This document shows, piece after piece, positions 10,185 through 21,047 of a stretch of DNA of 64,000 nt. Each line of letters starts with the position of its first letter. Position 1 is the first letter of the stretch. The notes beneath the pieces are model-generated. The model saw only the letters and a program-made list of their open reading frames with translations. It had not been told where the DNA came from and ran no database searches. A program made the position numbers and the translations under genes. The stretch covers positions 62,001-126,000 of the forward strand of contig OZ374564.1 of the NCBI GenBank assembly GCA_977862235.1, written 5' to 3'. This DNA comes from Dudresnaya verticillata (lineage: Eukaryota).

Positions 10185-11612
10185 CTAATTTTCTGATGCT
10201 TCAGTAGCAGCACGCAAACTGGAGCAAACAACATTATCCTTTGCCGCCGTAAACCTTGAAAACGGCAAATAGTCCAGGAATTCATGCTTCAATAGTGACA
10301 CAGTGTCATATTGTCCGTTGCTTAACTCAGTAGGCAATTGGAGAAAACGGCCATCAATGTGTTGAATGTTGCAGTGGTTGGTAACATTTTTTCCAACAAT
10401 CCATTGTGAGGACCCTTCAATAACAACATGTCGTACCTCTAAGACAGAACCAGAGTCACTTAACAACCGTAGAACAACGGAACCAATAATTTTTCTAGTG
10501 CTGCTCGCATGAGAGCCTTGACCGTACTGCCAATAAGGTCTATCGGCAATTGATTCAGGAATCTGTTCGAGGCATTCATCCCACGAACTTAGGACGAAGG
10601 GAGCAATTTTCCTTAGTTCAACAAGCCCAATGCCAGAGTAGGGTGCACCATCGTCAAGTAATGGGCCTGGAGCACGAAGTGGAGAGGCAGTAGCACTATG
10701 AATATTGACATTGTTGAATTTCAAGGTCTTTGTCTTACCCTTGTTATCACTTTCATTGTTCCCATTCGTGCCTTTCTGCGACACAAAACATTCAGCATCA
10801 CCGGCCCAATGGCCTTTCTCCTTGCACGCACGGCATCTGGAGTTCTTCTTGAAAGCAGCAAGTTCTTCAGCTGTCATATCCTTGAATGCCTTGCGTTTGA
10901 CAGGGCGAGTTCTAAATGGGCGATGGGTAGCACTATTACCCGACAATGGGGTAGTTTGTCGCAGAGAAAGCTCAGCAGGCTTGTCACATGCCCGCAAGAT
11001 CGAAGAGACTTCTTCATATTTGATCCCATTTAACATTCCATGGATCTTGTTTTGACCGGGTCTCTGACGAATTTCAGAAGGTCTGGGGGCAGCAGCAGCT
11101 AGAATAGATACGTGCTGTTGAGATTCCACATTTGCATTTGCAAGCAACAGAAAGGAGGTAATAGATTCAGGCAGTCTTGCATCACCAGCTGCAGCATTGA
11201 ATCTACTCAGCTTGGCATCAAACCGAGTCTCAAAGTTCTTAAATCCTTCAGAATCACCTCTCGTAGTCCCTAGCACAGACATAAATTTCTGGAATACGTC
11301 ATTGACCACTGCAAGAGGGTCGTCTTTGTGAAGAGCACGTGCTATTTCATTCGCACCATCATCCGACAGCAGCGTGTCTTCTGATATCTTCTTCACAATG
11401 TCTTGAGCACGCCCAAAAAGTTGAGCTTGCAACACAATCCCTTGAAGTCCTGGAGCAATCTTATTGCTGTTGGATTCCGGTAGCTTGTCATGGAACGATT
11501 TCCACAGCCGTACAGCACGTACAAACTCTTCTTGTGGACCACGACCGTCCGTCCAAGGAGCATCCTTGAGGGACCAAGAGAACTTGGGGCGAGATGGCAG
11601 ATCTGGGCCCAT
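10185..11612 (-). CDS. Copia gag and aspartic protease
   Basis: CCHC-type knuckle CRACKEKGHWAGDAEC, protease-like LLDDGAPYSG and WIVGKN. The ATG lies inside the PBS. Confidence 0.88.
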   Translation of the reverse strand: MGPDLPSRPKFSWSLKDAPWTDGRGPQEEFVRAVRLWKSFHDKLPESNSNKIAPGLQGIVLQAQLFGRAQDIVKKISEDTLLSDDGANEIARALHKDDPLAVVNDVFQKFMSVLGTTRGDSEGFKNFETRFDAKLSRFNAAAGDARLPESITSFLLLANANVESQQHVSILAAAAPRPSEIRQRPGQNKIHGMLNGIKYEEVSSILRACDKPAELSLRQTTPLSGNSATHRPFRTRPVKRKAFKDMTAEELAAFKKNSRCRACKEKGHWAGDAECFVSQKGTNGNNESDNKGKTKTLKFNNVNIHSATASPLRAPGPLLDDGAPYSGIGLVELRKIAPFVLSSWDECLEQIPESIADRPYWQYGQGSHASSTRKIIGSVVLRLLSDSGSVLEVRHVVIEGSSQWIVGKNVTNHCNIQHIDGRFLQLPTELSNGQYDTVSLLKHEFLDYLPFSRFTAAKDNVVCSSLRAATEASEN

Positions 11613-11615
11613 AAC
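11603..11615 (-). promoter_or_regulatory. Primer binding site complementary to the anticodon arm of initiator tRNA-Met (half-tRNA priming type)
   Basis: Minus strand GTTATGGGCCCAG directly after the 5' LTR, like the GGTTATGGGCCCAG PBS of Drosophila copia. Confidence 0.8.
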
Positions 11616-12005
11616 TTGATAATTGGTGGAAAAGGGTCTGTAGCATGCAGATCAGTAGTGAGAGGGAAAGCGTGGTACTACAGTTGAAGTGTCAAAGTAG
11701 TTTTGATTGTGGTAGTAGATGGATACCTCAGAAAGCAGAGGAGTGCTTGTCGAGTCAATACTTATAGACTACAGTCCGCCACACAGAATCTATCGGACAT
11801 GATAAAGTGATGAGTATCGTCATCAACGGTACAGTCGTTCTAGTAACAACTAAAATACAATCGTAACAATAAACTAGCAACGACTACAGTGCAAAAGATA
11901 TTCGTGTCATCTAAAACGATCACAAGTAGTTCTTCAAGCCATGAACGATTCCAAATACAGAACGCATTTCCAAGTTGTTCAAGCTTGTAGCAACTCAGTT
12001 AGACA
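11616..12005 (-). repeat. Copia 5' LTR (390 bp)
   Basis: Direct repeat of 6707-7098; minus strand reads TGTCT...TATCAA. Confidence 0.95.
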
Positions 12006-14649
12006 GAGGTACTCTCCAGATCACGTTGGTTCCCATTTTTACCTCAAGCCGAATGCCATACGCCTTGGAATTCAAGGTTGCCGGAAGAACACCAGATTCA
12101 TCTACAAATATAACGACGTTGTTCTTAAGCCAGGAATAGAAGATGGCTTCGCGAGGAACCGTGTTACTTTTCAACGTGAGTTTTTTAACAATAGTGCCCA
12201 TGCTGGTCTGATTATGGCCAGGAAATCTGAAAAAGTCAGCGAACTCATGTCTCTGTGGCAAGCCGGTGTTGGTCTTGCTGAAAACATAGAGCAGGATCAA
12301 ACCGTTTTCCGAGCCATCCAATTTGGAAGAAAGAGAATTTTCTCCTTAGCTCCGGCCGACTGGTACGGTATTCATGTCTACTCGGACATTTCCAACAGAA
12401 ATATAGCTCTTCAATTCCTTCAAATCAAGTATTCCTCTGCCATCTACTACATATATCTCTTCTGGGTAATTATTTTCTTGACCCTCGGAGTGCGGCATAC
12501 TATTTTTGCAGTGAGTTTCAATTGATTTGAGAGTATTCAGTGTGTTTCAATGCTTGGAAGACTTGTCTCAAAGATCGGTTCTGGCGACACAATACTACTG
12601 GCAACCCTACTCACCGTTTTTGGACTGCTTTCTTCGGATCCCTTCATGTTCAGTTGTTTCGTGGGAAAGAAAAGCAATAATCAGTCTCTAGATTACAATG
12701 CGGGATATCACTTGGTAACGGGATTGTACACTCGCTTGTGGATTGTCGGAGCAGACGTAGCCATAGGAAATGAAGAGATCGCGTGCAAAACAAGAAACGT
12801 TCTCAACTTGCCCCTATCGTATTAGGAGCAGTGCTGGACACATTTCATCTTCTGTCAACAGGATTCCCAGTGTTTCTACCGCTACAGTTTTTAATAGTTG
12901 GGAAGATATTGTCAATGTTTGTCAAATCTCTTCGACTACTTGACACAGATGCTCTTCACGTCAAGTTGTTAGAGCGGTACGCAAATCCTACTTCTAGCAA
13001 GGTTATGGTATAGCATATTTCCAGGCTTGTTTCTCCTTCCTTGTCAATAAGGACAGATGATGATGACGGACCTTTTCGCCAATCAGGAACCCCACAAGGG
13101 GGAAGCTACACCACATAATCCATTGTCATGATGTCGAACTGAGAACAGCCATTGACTCCAAAGTATGTTCAAATGTGGCATTCTTCTTGCCTTAGCGTTT
13201 CGTTCGAAATAGCTGCCTAACATTTCAAAGGCTGAATGAGGGATTGAGACTAAAAGCAGTGCCATAACAAGAATTCTGAACTTGACACTCCAGTATTACG
13301 TTCTATTTCTACCATGGGCATTCCGATTGACGAAACTTGCCGCTTGGGCTTCAGTGCTTTCCAAGACCCTCTGCTATCCCCGACTCAAACACAGCCGCAT
13401 AGTACTAGTCCAGTATTAAATTTAGAGTTGATCCCGTAGTTCAATCTCTTTGTTGCTTTTTGGTCTACTTTGCTCGTCGGAACATTCATCTACCAATAGG
13501 CGCATTCCCCTGGGCCCTCAATCGCAACCATGGCGAACCCTTCAAGACGTAAAGGCAAACCCCTCCTCTTATCTTTCCTCAGACCTTCGCGTTCGTCCTC
13601 GACCACAGGCAATATAACGGTCTGGTAATAGATCTTGCCTATAGGCCATCTCCGCCGATGCAAATGCCCCCTCAAGCTGGTCTCTTTAAAAGCTAGACAA
13701 CACGTTTCGTTTCTCATCGATTCTTTTCCATGTCTTGCTCTACCACCCAGGCTCGCGAAGAAAACTAGGTTCGCGTAAGAGTCATTATCCTCGTTTTCGT
13801 GAACGCGACCGTATGAGTCCTACTCAATCGTGATGGATATTTTCCTGACGATTGGTTGTGACAGTGGTCCAGGGTTTGATTGCATTCTCGAGCGTATTGG
13901 CAGCTTCCTCGCTATTCTAAATGGGCAAGGACCTTTACCGGGAGTTCGAAAGGATCTCTTTCCTACTGCTGAGAAAATCATCCTCTGACTTGGCTGACTT
14001 CACTGGTTGTTCAAAGTGGTGCAATATTAGCCATTCAGCGTAGACTACTTGATATCAGTACTGCATACTACTGTTCTTCATAGTCATTCTTATTCCCAGC
14101 TACAGACCTCATCTTTTACGAGCGCAACAATCCGGCCCTGTTATGTTGTTCACAGGGTCCGGACTCCCCTTGTTCTGCAGAGCCACTGACCAGTCGCCCC
14201 CCCATTCAGCCCCGACAACCACATCGCAACGACTATTTGTCCTTTGCGCAGCACTCCTAGTTAAAAGACCCCTGCCCCCATGGGCCATGGGCCATGGGAC
14301 GCAGTACACTTTTGCACTCTCGGACGGTGTGCGGGCGAGCGTACGGGCCTTCGCCTGCCCGCGCGCGGCAGCTTTGAGCAATAAAGAAATAGCCATCGGC
14401 TTTTGACACACAGTGAAGCTGGCGACTGTAATCGCGCTTCTGGTCGCGCTTCTGGGATGCCGCGCGTGGGAGATCCGGCCAATGGGGAACGCGCCCTTGG
14501 CACGGTGCGCGCGCGCCCGTACAGCACGCGCCAACAGCACACACGGGCGACACGTCTCCACGTGTACACGCGTAACACGCGCGCCGAATATATCTGAGGG
14601 AATCTTCGCTCGGGTGCGCACCAGCAATGCGCACCCTTAGATTACACTG

Positions 14650-15156
14650 ATTTACAGTGCGGTAGTAGTATTTCTACGCTAGGTATTTTTGCGCGATATT
14701 TTAGTGAGCTCGCGGTGCGCGCGCATGCCAAGTGTCAAGCGCACGGCGCCACACACGCGCGCGCATCTCCCGCGGGGGATACTTAGTACACGGGGTGAAC
14801 CCCCCTCACAGTAAAGCGCCAAGCAGGCCTAGGAACTCGAGGATACCCCCACCTTCGCACCCGGTGACGACATCGTACGCGACTTGGGCTTACGTACCCC
14901 GTTCTACTGCCTGGCTTCAACGGCACTCACCGGCGTAATCGCCTTCATCGTTCTACGTGCACTACAGCACTCCTACGTGGGCCGGGGGTTTACAGTCGAC
15001 CCCTCCCACGTTTCAACCATCCGGGGCACACCCCGTGTCCCTAGCTCTACCACCCAACCGGCGTCGGCCTCACCGCCGTCGCCAGCTACCAACCCGTGGG
15101 AGGACCACTCGGACTCTGGTTCTGGGGTTGCGCCCTTGTTCGGGCGTTGCACCACA
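14650..15156 (+). mobile_element. Gypsy-type LTR remnant (5' boundary uncertain)
   Basis: Ends in TGCACCACA like other LTRs here and contains the shared CAGTAAA...CAAGC box near 14810. No 5' terminus or TSD found. Confidence 0.55.
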
Positions 15157-17046
15157 AGCCGCTTGCTGGAAGCGTCTGAGATGCATTCGACACGGCTTGA
15201 AGAATCTGTGCGAGTGCTCTTAGGATCGCAACATGGCACCAGGGATGCTGCTGAAGCCGAAGATAACTGTCTCGTAGAAATGCTCACAGCTTTGGACAAA
15301 CGGCTATTTCGAAAGCCAGGGCATTCCACAGCGCAGCAAGTCTCTGGAAGAATCAACGAAGTGAATGTTCTCAATTCAATTCCTTACATTCATTCGGAGG
15401 GAGCTGCATGTCGCATTAGGGCTGGGTATTGTGATCATGAGAGTGTTGATGCGATCGTTGAACGTGGGCTGATTTGTAACAATGAAAATTCCAGCCTACT
15501 GTCCAGTGTTGACGGCATTCCAGTTGTGGACATGAGGTCGGGGATGCTTGACGGAGTGGAAGGGATCACAAGATATGAGATTGCTGTAGTGGAGTGCAAG
15601 ACGCATCATGATCAGCACTTTGCAGGTGCTGAAATGATTGCCGCCGACCTCGGCACCTCAAGATATGCCTTCATTGTTCTGGACCAGACAGGCCTCGAAT
15701 GGGCAAGCAGAGGGGGAATCCTGTCCAGTCGTTATGCCCGAGGACGAAATGATTTGGACAAGTTATTGCCGAACAGTGAACACAGAAGCCAGGTATTATA
15801 CCATATGGCGGTGTACAATGTACGCCGTGCGTTCTACGCCGTAGCTGGTCCGTGGAGTATTTCGTACGTTGTTGATATCAAGGATGAGAGTACACGCCAA
15901 ATCAAGAACTTATTGCGAATCGTCGTGGAGAAAATGCTTGCTGTCGGACTTAATCGTCTTTTCAGCTGCACTGTGGTTATCCCTGATGCAGTGCAGTCAC
16001 AATCATACCTTCAAAACACGGAGGCTCGCCAGCTTCACTTGGGAATTTCCCAAAGCCTTAAGGAGCTTGCAATGGGTTCAAAACATCCACTGCCAGAAGC
16101 CAAGTACATTTGCCCAAAAGCCGTACGCATGTGGAATGAGTTCGGTAAGACAGGCATGGACACATTCAGCAGGCTGGTGGTGGAAATGTTCCCTGCCAAA
16201 GTTGGAACACAAGATTCGATTTCAAAAGTCGTTCATCCACAGATAGCACTATGCACAACTAATGCGCTCTATGCGTGGCGCCTGGTCAAGGCAATATCAG
16301 ATATCACGCACGGGGATACGCTTTCGATGCGCATGAAGCTGGAGGCATCGAGCTTTGCATTGCTGAGAAATAAAATGTCCAGATCTTCGTCCATGCGTGC
16401 CTTTTTACGGTATGCATTGGAAGACAACGATCTCCCCACTCCGAAAGCGTTTCCGGGCTCCAAAGCCGTGCGGAGAACTACATTCCCACTCGCTCTGGCG
16501 GGTACCCGACAGGGCCCTGAGACACCTAATCACAGGATCAAAATGCCGAATGGGAGAAACTTCTTCTCCGTGTTTAATTCATCAAGAGGAAAGAAGGTGC
16601 AACTGAATGGGGAGCATCAAGCATGCATACCAGAAACGTACTCCGGCAAGAAGCTGAATGGGAAGACATTTTTTGTTTCTGGACCGAAAGGGAGTCCAAA
16701 CGAACCACATACATATCGGGCACGGGTGAAAACTGTATGCGTGCAGTGCTACAGCCCGTTTCTCTGCACACAGCAAAGGTATATCAGAGATGAATACGGT
16801 ACAGTCCGGTTATCACGTCTTTCGTGCTTTGAATACTTTCACTCAGCACATATTCTGGAACGACGCGTATCTGTTCGCCCGCCCATGCCGTCAGCCGTTC
16901 GTCACAGTTCCGAGTCTGATAGTGAAAGCAATGCGGAAGAACATGATCCGCACGGCCTCGAAAATGTACGTCAACCCGACTTCGGGGATGGAGAAATTGA
17001 GGGAGAGCACAAAAACGATAATTGTAGGAAGAGAGGTGTCAAGTGA
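15157..17046 (+). CDS. N-terminally truncated piggyBac-like transposase with a PD-(D/E)xK (YqaJ-like) nuclease domain and a C-terminal Cys-rich domain
   Basis: YqaJ-like motifs GRINE, GL...SSVDG, VVECKT and SQVLYHM. PiggyBac-like PKAVRMWNEFGKTGMDTFSR (cf. YN..MGGVD..D) and NALYAW. C-terminal CVQC..FLC...SCFEYFH. The first ~90 codons of the track ORF (14884-15156) are LTR sequence. Confidence 0.68.
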   Translation, partial: SRLLEASEMHSTRLEESVRVLLGSQHGTRDAAEAEDNCLVEMLTALDKRLFRKPGHSTAQQVSGRINEVNVLNSIPYIHSEGAACRIRAGYCDHESVDAIVERGLICNNENSSLLSSVDGIPVVDMRSGMLDGVEGITRYEIAVVECKTHHDQHFAGAEMIAADLGTSRYAFIVLDQTGLEWASRGGILSSRYARGRNDLDKLLPNSEHRSQVLYHMAVYNVRRAFYAVAGPWSISYVVDIKDESTRQIKNLLRIVVEKMLAVGLNRLFSCTVVIPDAVQSQSYLQNTEARQLHLGISQSLKELAMGSKHPLPEAKYICPKAVRMWNEFGKTGMDTFSRLVVEMFPAKVGTQDSISKVVHPQIALCTTNALYAWRLVKAISDITHGDTLSMRMKLEASSFALLRNKMSRSSSMRAFLRYALEDNDLPTPKAFPGSKAVRRTTFPLALAGTRQGPETPNHRIKMPNGRNFFSVFNSSRGKKVQLNGEHQACIPETYSGKKLNGKTFFVSGPKGSPNEPHTYRARVKTVCVQCYSPFLCTQQRYIRDEYGTVRLSRLSCFEYFHSAHILERRVSVRPPMPSAVRHSSESDSESNAEEHDPHGLENVRQPDFGDGEIEGEHKNDNCRKRGVK

Positions 17047-17651
17047 AGGAGGGTTATCTAGTGCGCGGAAGACGTTTGACAGCGACAAGCCCAGAACGTA
17101 TTCGTCCTGGGGCTTCCTTACGGAAGCGGAGAGTTAGGACGCCGCCACGAAGAGTGAAGCGTGCTAGAGTTAGGTCATCGTAAAAATGTACCGTCGTGCT
17201 TGCTTGTCGTGTGGATAATCTACCTTTGCATACCAAGGTGAAGGTTGCTCAATGGAAGCACGAGACCTGATGGATATTTTGACGACTGCTGCGATTTCAG
17301 CAATTGTGCTGATACTGCGCGAGGTATTCCGGCTATTTCGGAAGACCTGCCCTCAACCTCAGGCATTCCCTGGGAATGCCCCGAGGTGGAAAAGGAATAC
17401 GTTGGAATATGTCGGACAGAACTGGAAAAGACCCTCAATTTGAGCTTCAATTTAAATATAGTTGAGAGCTTGTTAACTCGGCGGGAAATAGAGTGTGCGC
17501 ATCCGTCTTTGCAGCACTGGAAAGCCCGTGCTCTTAGATTTCCATTGTTACAGCGCTGGGGTCTGGCAGTGCCACAGACACCGAGTAAGCGCAACAGATC
17601 GCGAACGCACCGAGCCCGGTCAGCGAGGTATTCCACCTAAAAAATCAAGGG
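15157..17651 (+). mobile_element. 5'-truncated piggyBac-like DNA transposon with a YqaJ/lambda-exonuclease-like domain
   Basis: Right end ...TCAAGGG followed by TTAA (17652-17655), exactly where the neighbouring Gypsy protease frame breaks off. Encodes piggyBac-like C-terminal motifs. Confidence 0.7.
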
Positions 17652-17655
17652 TTAA

Positions 17656-18501
17656 CTGTACTCCGTATCGGTGTTGTAACGAAGGCTTCGGTTCGATATG
17701 AATTAGTCCGAGTGCTTCCGAGGTCACGGTGACTAGCTTCTGCGAATAACTCGGTATGGTGACGCCGCGGTTCAAACGAATTGTACGGGTGTTTCGGTCC
17801 CAATCGTGGAGCTCGCGTTGATGTCGCTTCGATAGCGTTTTCTCGAATTTCTGCTTCGGATTTTTCGAATTAGTAGCGGGCGGAGCCGATCCAGCAATGC
17901 GGTTGATAATCGGAATCGTGCCTCCACTCTTCGTGATGAGCCTCCGTGGGCTGAGCTCGATGCTTCGTAAATGCGCGTCCATCCACGAAGTTCCAAGGAG
18001 AACGTCGACTGCGAGCTTCTCCGCAACCACGAAGGGTACGCGGTATCGAACGTTCCCAAGCCGGACTGTCAGGTAAACGATATCATCGAGTCGCAACGGG
18101 GTGCAATCAGCGGACGCGAGCCTCGGAGCTGATTCCATCGGGGACGCGTTCGCTTCCCAACCGGTGGGTAACGCAGCTCGGACTATTAGGTTGTAACCGG
18201 AACACGTATCGACTGCAAGCGTATGCGGCATCATTACGGAGCCATCGAGGCCAATGGATCCGGTCACGAGGAAGATCTCCGAAGTCATCAAGCAAACGTA
18301 TCCCTCGGTGGTAACCTCGGGTTCGATCTTCGAGATCGGTATCTTCTTCGAATTGTTTTCGCACGAAGCGGCTTTCGCGAGGACGCGACATCGCTTTCGG
18401 TCTCGTCGTCGTGCAGCGCGCTTCCTTCGCATCGCAGCGGCTCTCGGAATCGGAATACGCGGAGTGTCTCGGGGAACGGATTCAGACGAAGTACGTGTCA
18501 C
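17656..18501 (-). pseudogene. Gypsy G0 aspartic protease region, truncated
   Basis: AVDTCSGYNLI and VLLGTSWMD motifs; similar to the protease regions of the other Gypsy elements in the window. Confidence 0.8.
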
Positions 18502-18518
18502 AACGGGCGTCTTCGCCT

Positions 18519-20977
18519 TTACTCGTTTTCCGAACTCGAACTAGAATCAGAATTGCGAGCGTCCGCGTCCAATGGGGAGGTTGATCGATCACCTCTTCCG
18601 TTGTTCGCGGAATCTTCGTAAGCCTCCGAGGGCAGGTTCGGGTGACTCGGCTCAATCGCGTCAACGTTTTCACGGACTGCGAGAACCGGGTGACAGCCCG
18701 GGGCCTGCGCGTGTCTCGGATTGCGGAGGACGGTCGGCGGTCCTCGTCGCTCAAAGCTGACTTTACGCTGGGCTCGGTCCCTCGGGTAGCGCGTATCGCC
18801 TTGACGAAGATCTCGGAATACACGACTGTCACGTGATCCTCGGGAGTCTTGTCCACGGTGACCTCGATTGTCAACGGATGCAAACGAATTCCCTCTTGAT
18901 GCGCCGCGATTCACGAAGTTATTACGCGTATACGGTCTCGTTTCGAGTTGGTACAAGTAGTTCTGGTACGCGCAATAGAGTTGTTGCTCCTTCGTGAGAT
19001 ACGGACATGAATACATGAGGTGACCGATTTCGCGACAGAACCAACACGGCCACGCATCTTGATTCTTCGGTATCATCGAACGCGCCATCTCGATTTGCTC
19101 CGGGGCCATCGGGGGGACACGCGCGGGTACGAAACGCTCGATGCGACTCGTGAGATCTAACGTATCGTCCACGGAGACCGTTGTCGAAGTAGTCGGTGTA
19201 GCGGATGTGGACCCGGTTCCTGAACGAATCATCATCACGGCCATTTGCGTATCTTCGTTCATCGGGTACTCGTATTCACTCCCGGGAGTGTCGCAAGCTT
19301 CGATAAGCATCGTTCGTCCGAGCGGTTGGCGACTCTTCAGGTACGTAGCGGACGCTCGGTTCTTCGAATCACGCGACTGTTGGGCCGCGGTGTCACGTAG
19401 TTCGCGAGCTCGGAATGTCGAACCTTCGGATTGCGCGATTCGTTGTACGCTCATGAAATGCTTTTGCTCGGACAACGGTAAAGGCGAACCTGGTCGGCCA
19501 CGATTGGGTACGTAGTAGGTAGTAATCCACGAATAAACTGGTGCGTTAACGAAGAGTCATCGTAAACACCTGAGCAGACATCCGCGTAGCCTTGTATACG
19601 AGTCGCGAATTCCATCTCGTCTCGGTTTCTTCGGACTTCTGCTTCGCGGTAATCACGCGATCGTGTGCGTCAGCCGTTACGTCTTCCGTGAGAAATCGTT
19701 GTAGCAATACGTTCACGATAGCGGACCAGCAAACCAGGTTGCCAGTACAAACGCTTCCGAAGGCATACTGTTGATACACTTTGAGCGCGGTCTCGTCGAG
19801 GAACCACGAAATCGTTCGAACTGCTGCTCCTTCGGTGAGCCCGACTCCGTTCAGCGCTTGTCGAATATCACGAAGAAGTGCGAGAACCTTAATCGGATCG
19901 CGTCCCGTAAACTTCTCAAGTCTCGGCATCATCGAACGCATGCGCGAAACGGTTTTCGACGTGTTACCTCGGAAGACTTCGTGTTGATTATCCCGAGGTG
20001 ACAAATTCGTGAGTCGATACGATCGATAGCTTACGGCCCGCGCGAAGTCGGGAATGAGCGTCGGTATCGGTTCGACGCCCGGCTCGAGCGGTCTCTAGTG
20101 CCAGAACGATGACACGGGTCCGCGAGCGCTAACGGATTTTCGATTACGGGTCCTCCGGGGGACATAGGTGGTTGAAGTGAAGCTCGGAACACTGCGGGGT
20201 TGATACGGGGGTTGTCGGAGGCATCGGTTGCCTGATGCGATAGAGGGTGCGGGGACTGATTCGGATAAGTGTTTTTCGGTAACGTAGATTGGGCACCCGG
20301 GCCTTGCACGGGTTGAACTAGCGGCGAATTGGGGGGTCAGGACAGGCTTCGGGACGATCTTCGCGACTTCGAGTCTTTTCCTTCGGTAACGCGGCGGACA
20401 AGATGTCACGAATAGCGTTCAACTGTTACTCCGTAAATGCGTGCGAGCTGCGAAAGGAAAGCGAGGGACTTGCCTTGCCCACGGGGGCGGTTGCGTTGCG
20501 CTCGAGCACGAGGAAACGGTTGCTGACTCCCGAGAAGAGATCCCAGAGACTCTCGAGTGAGTCTTCGATCCTACGGACCGTGCTAGCGCGGAAATTTTCG
20601 AACTCTGCGTGAACTCGATTATGCGTATTACGAATTGAAGGCTGCGTGATACGGTACGCAGTGGAAAGCGCGTCGATGACCTCTTCGTAGAGTAAACTTA
20701 GTTTTGCACCGGAGACTTCCTTAATCGAGAAGAGGCGATCGACGGTATCCGAGGGAACGATTTCGAACGGAGTGTACGTATACGAAAGGTCGGACTGGCT
20801 ACCGTGAGCCTGCGAACGCGAGTCTGTGCGAAGATCGGGTACCGTTATTCGTGAAGCGCGAGTGCGAGAAAACGGTTCTTGGTCACTCGCGTTCGAGTCA
20901 AATAACGGGAGCTCCGGAATCGGTACGTCATCAGGTTTCGGTACCGGCGAATCGGGACGACTCGGAGCGTGAGACAT
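18519..20977 (-). pseudogene. Gypsy G0 gag (fragmented)
   Basis: KFTGRDPIKVL capsid-like motif (cf. FNGEDPVLIL and FNGSDPVMVL in the other gags) and a CCHC knuckle. Confidence 0.8.
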
Positions 20978-21030
20978 CGCGTCTCGGATAGAAACGAATT
21001 ACGAATAAATGCGAAACTTCGGAGCCACGT

Positions 21031-21047
21031 TCTAGGTCGGGAGACCA
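21031..21047 (-). promoter_or_regulatory. tRNA primer binding site (possibly tRNA-Tyr)
   Basis: TGGTCTCCCGACCTAGA one base after the LTR end ...ACCACA. The same PBS occurs at 28793 and 41506. Confidence 0.8.

Larger units (their letters stand above)
6707..12005 (-). mobile_element. Full-length Ty1/Copia LTR retrotransposon
   Basis: Two near-identical LTRs of about 390 bp. 5-bp TSD GAGGT (6702-6706 and 12006-12010). PBS and PPT present. Domain order gag-PR-IN-RT-RH. Confidence 0.96.
6523..12525 (+). pseudogene. Host ORF of unknown product (hydrophobic C-terminal part) interrupted by the Copia insertion
   Basis: Removing 6707-12005 plus one GAGGT TSD copy gives GAC TTT TAC GTG AGG TAC TCT CCA GAT (DFYVRYSPD), joining ORF 6523.. 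to the frame ending at 12525. Further hydrophobic ORF pieces continue to about 13013. Confidence 0.6.

Noticed and set aside
10160..10195. Programmed -1 frameshift in the Copia element (A GAA AAT TAG)
   Set aside because: Reading through the stop gives HSLSWRDL, which fits an integrase N-terminus, so a stop plus a 1-nt deletion explains it equally well. Unresolved without other copies.
13083..14110. Minus-strand gene remnant
   Set aside because: The composition looks coding-like, but there are multiple stops and no identifiable homology.
14884..15156. Signal-peptide or TM-like N-terminus of the 720-aa ORF
   Set aside because: It lies within an LTR remnant ending TGCACCACA and has a non-ATG start; this is fortuitous read-through.
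17245..17640. hAT dimerisation-like peptide (LQHWKARALRFPLL)
   Set aside because: It lacks the ERxFS motif, has no upstream hAT core, and sits in the piggyBac-like subterminal region.
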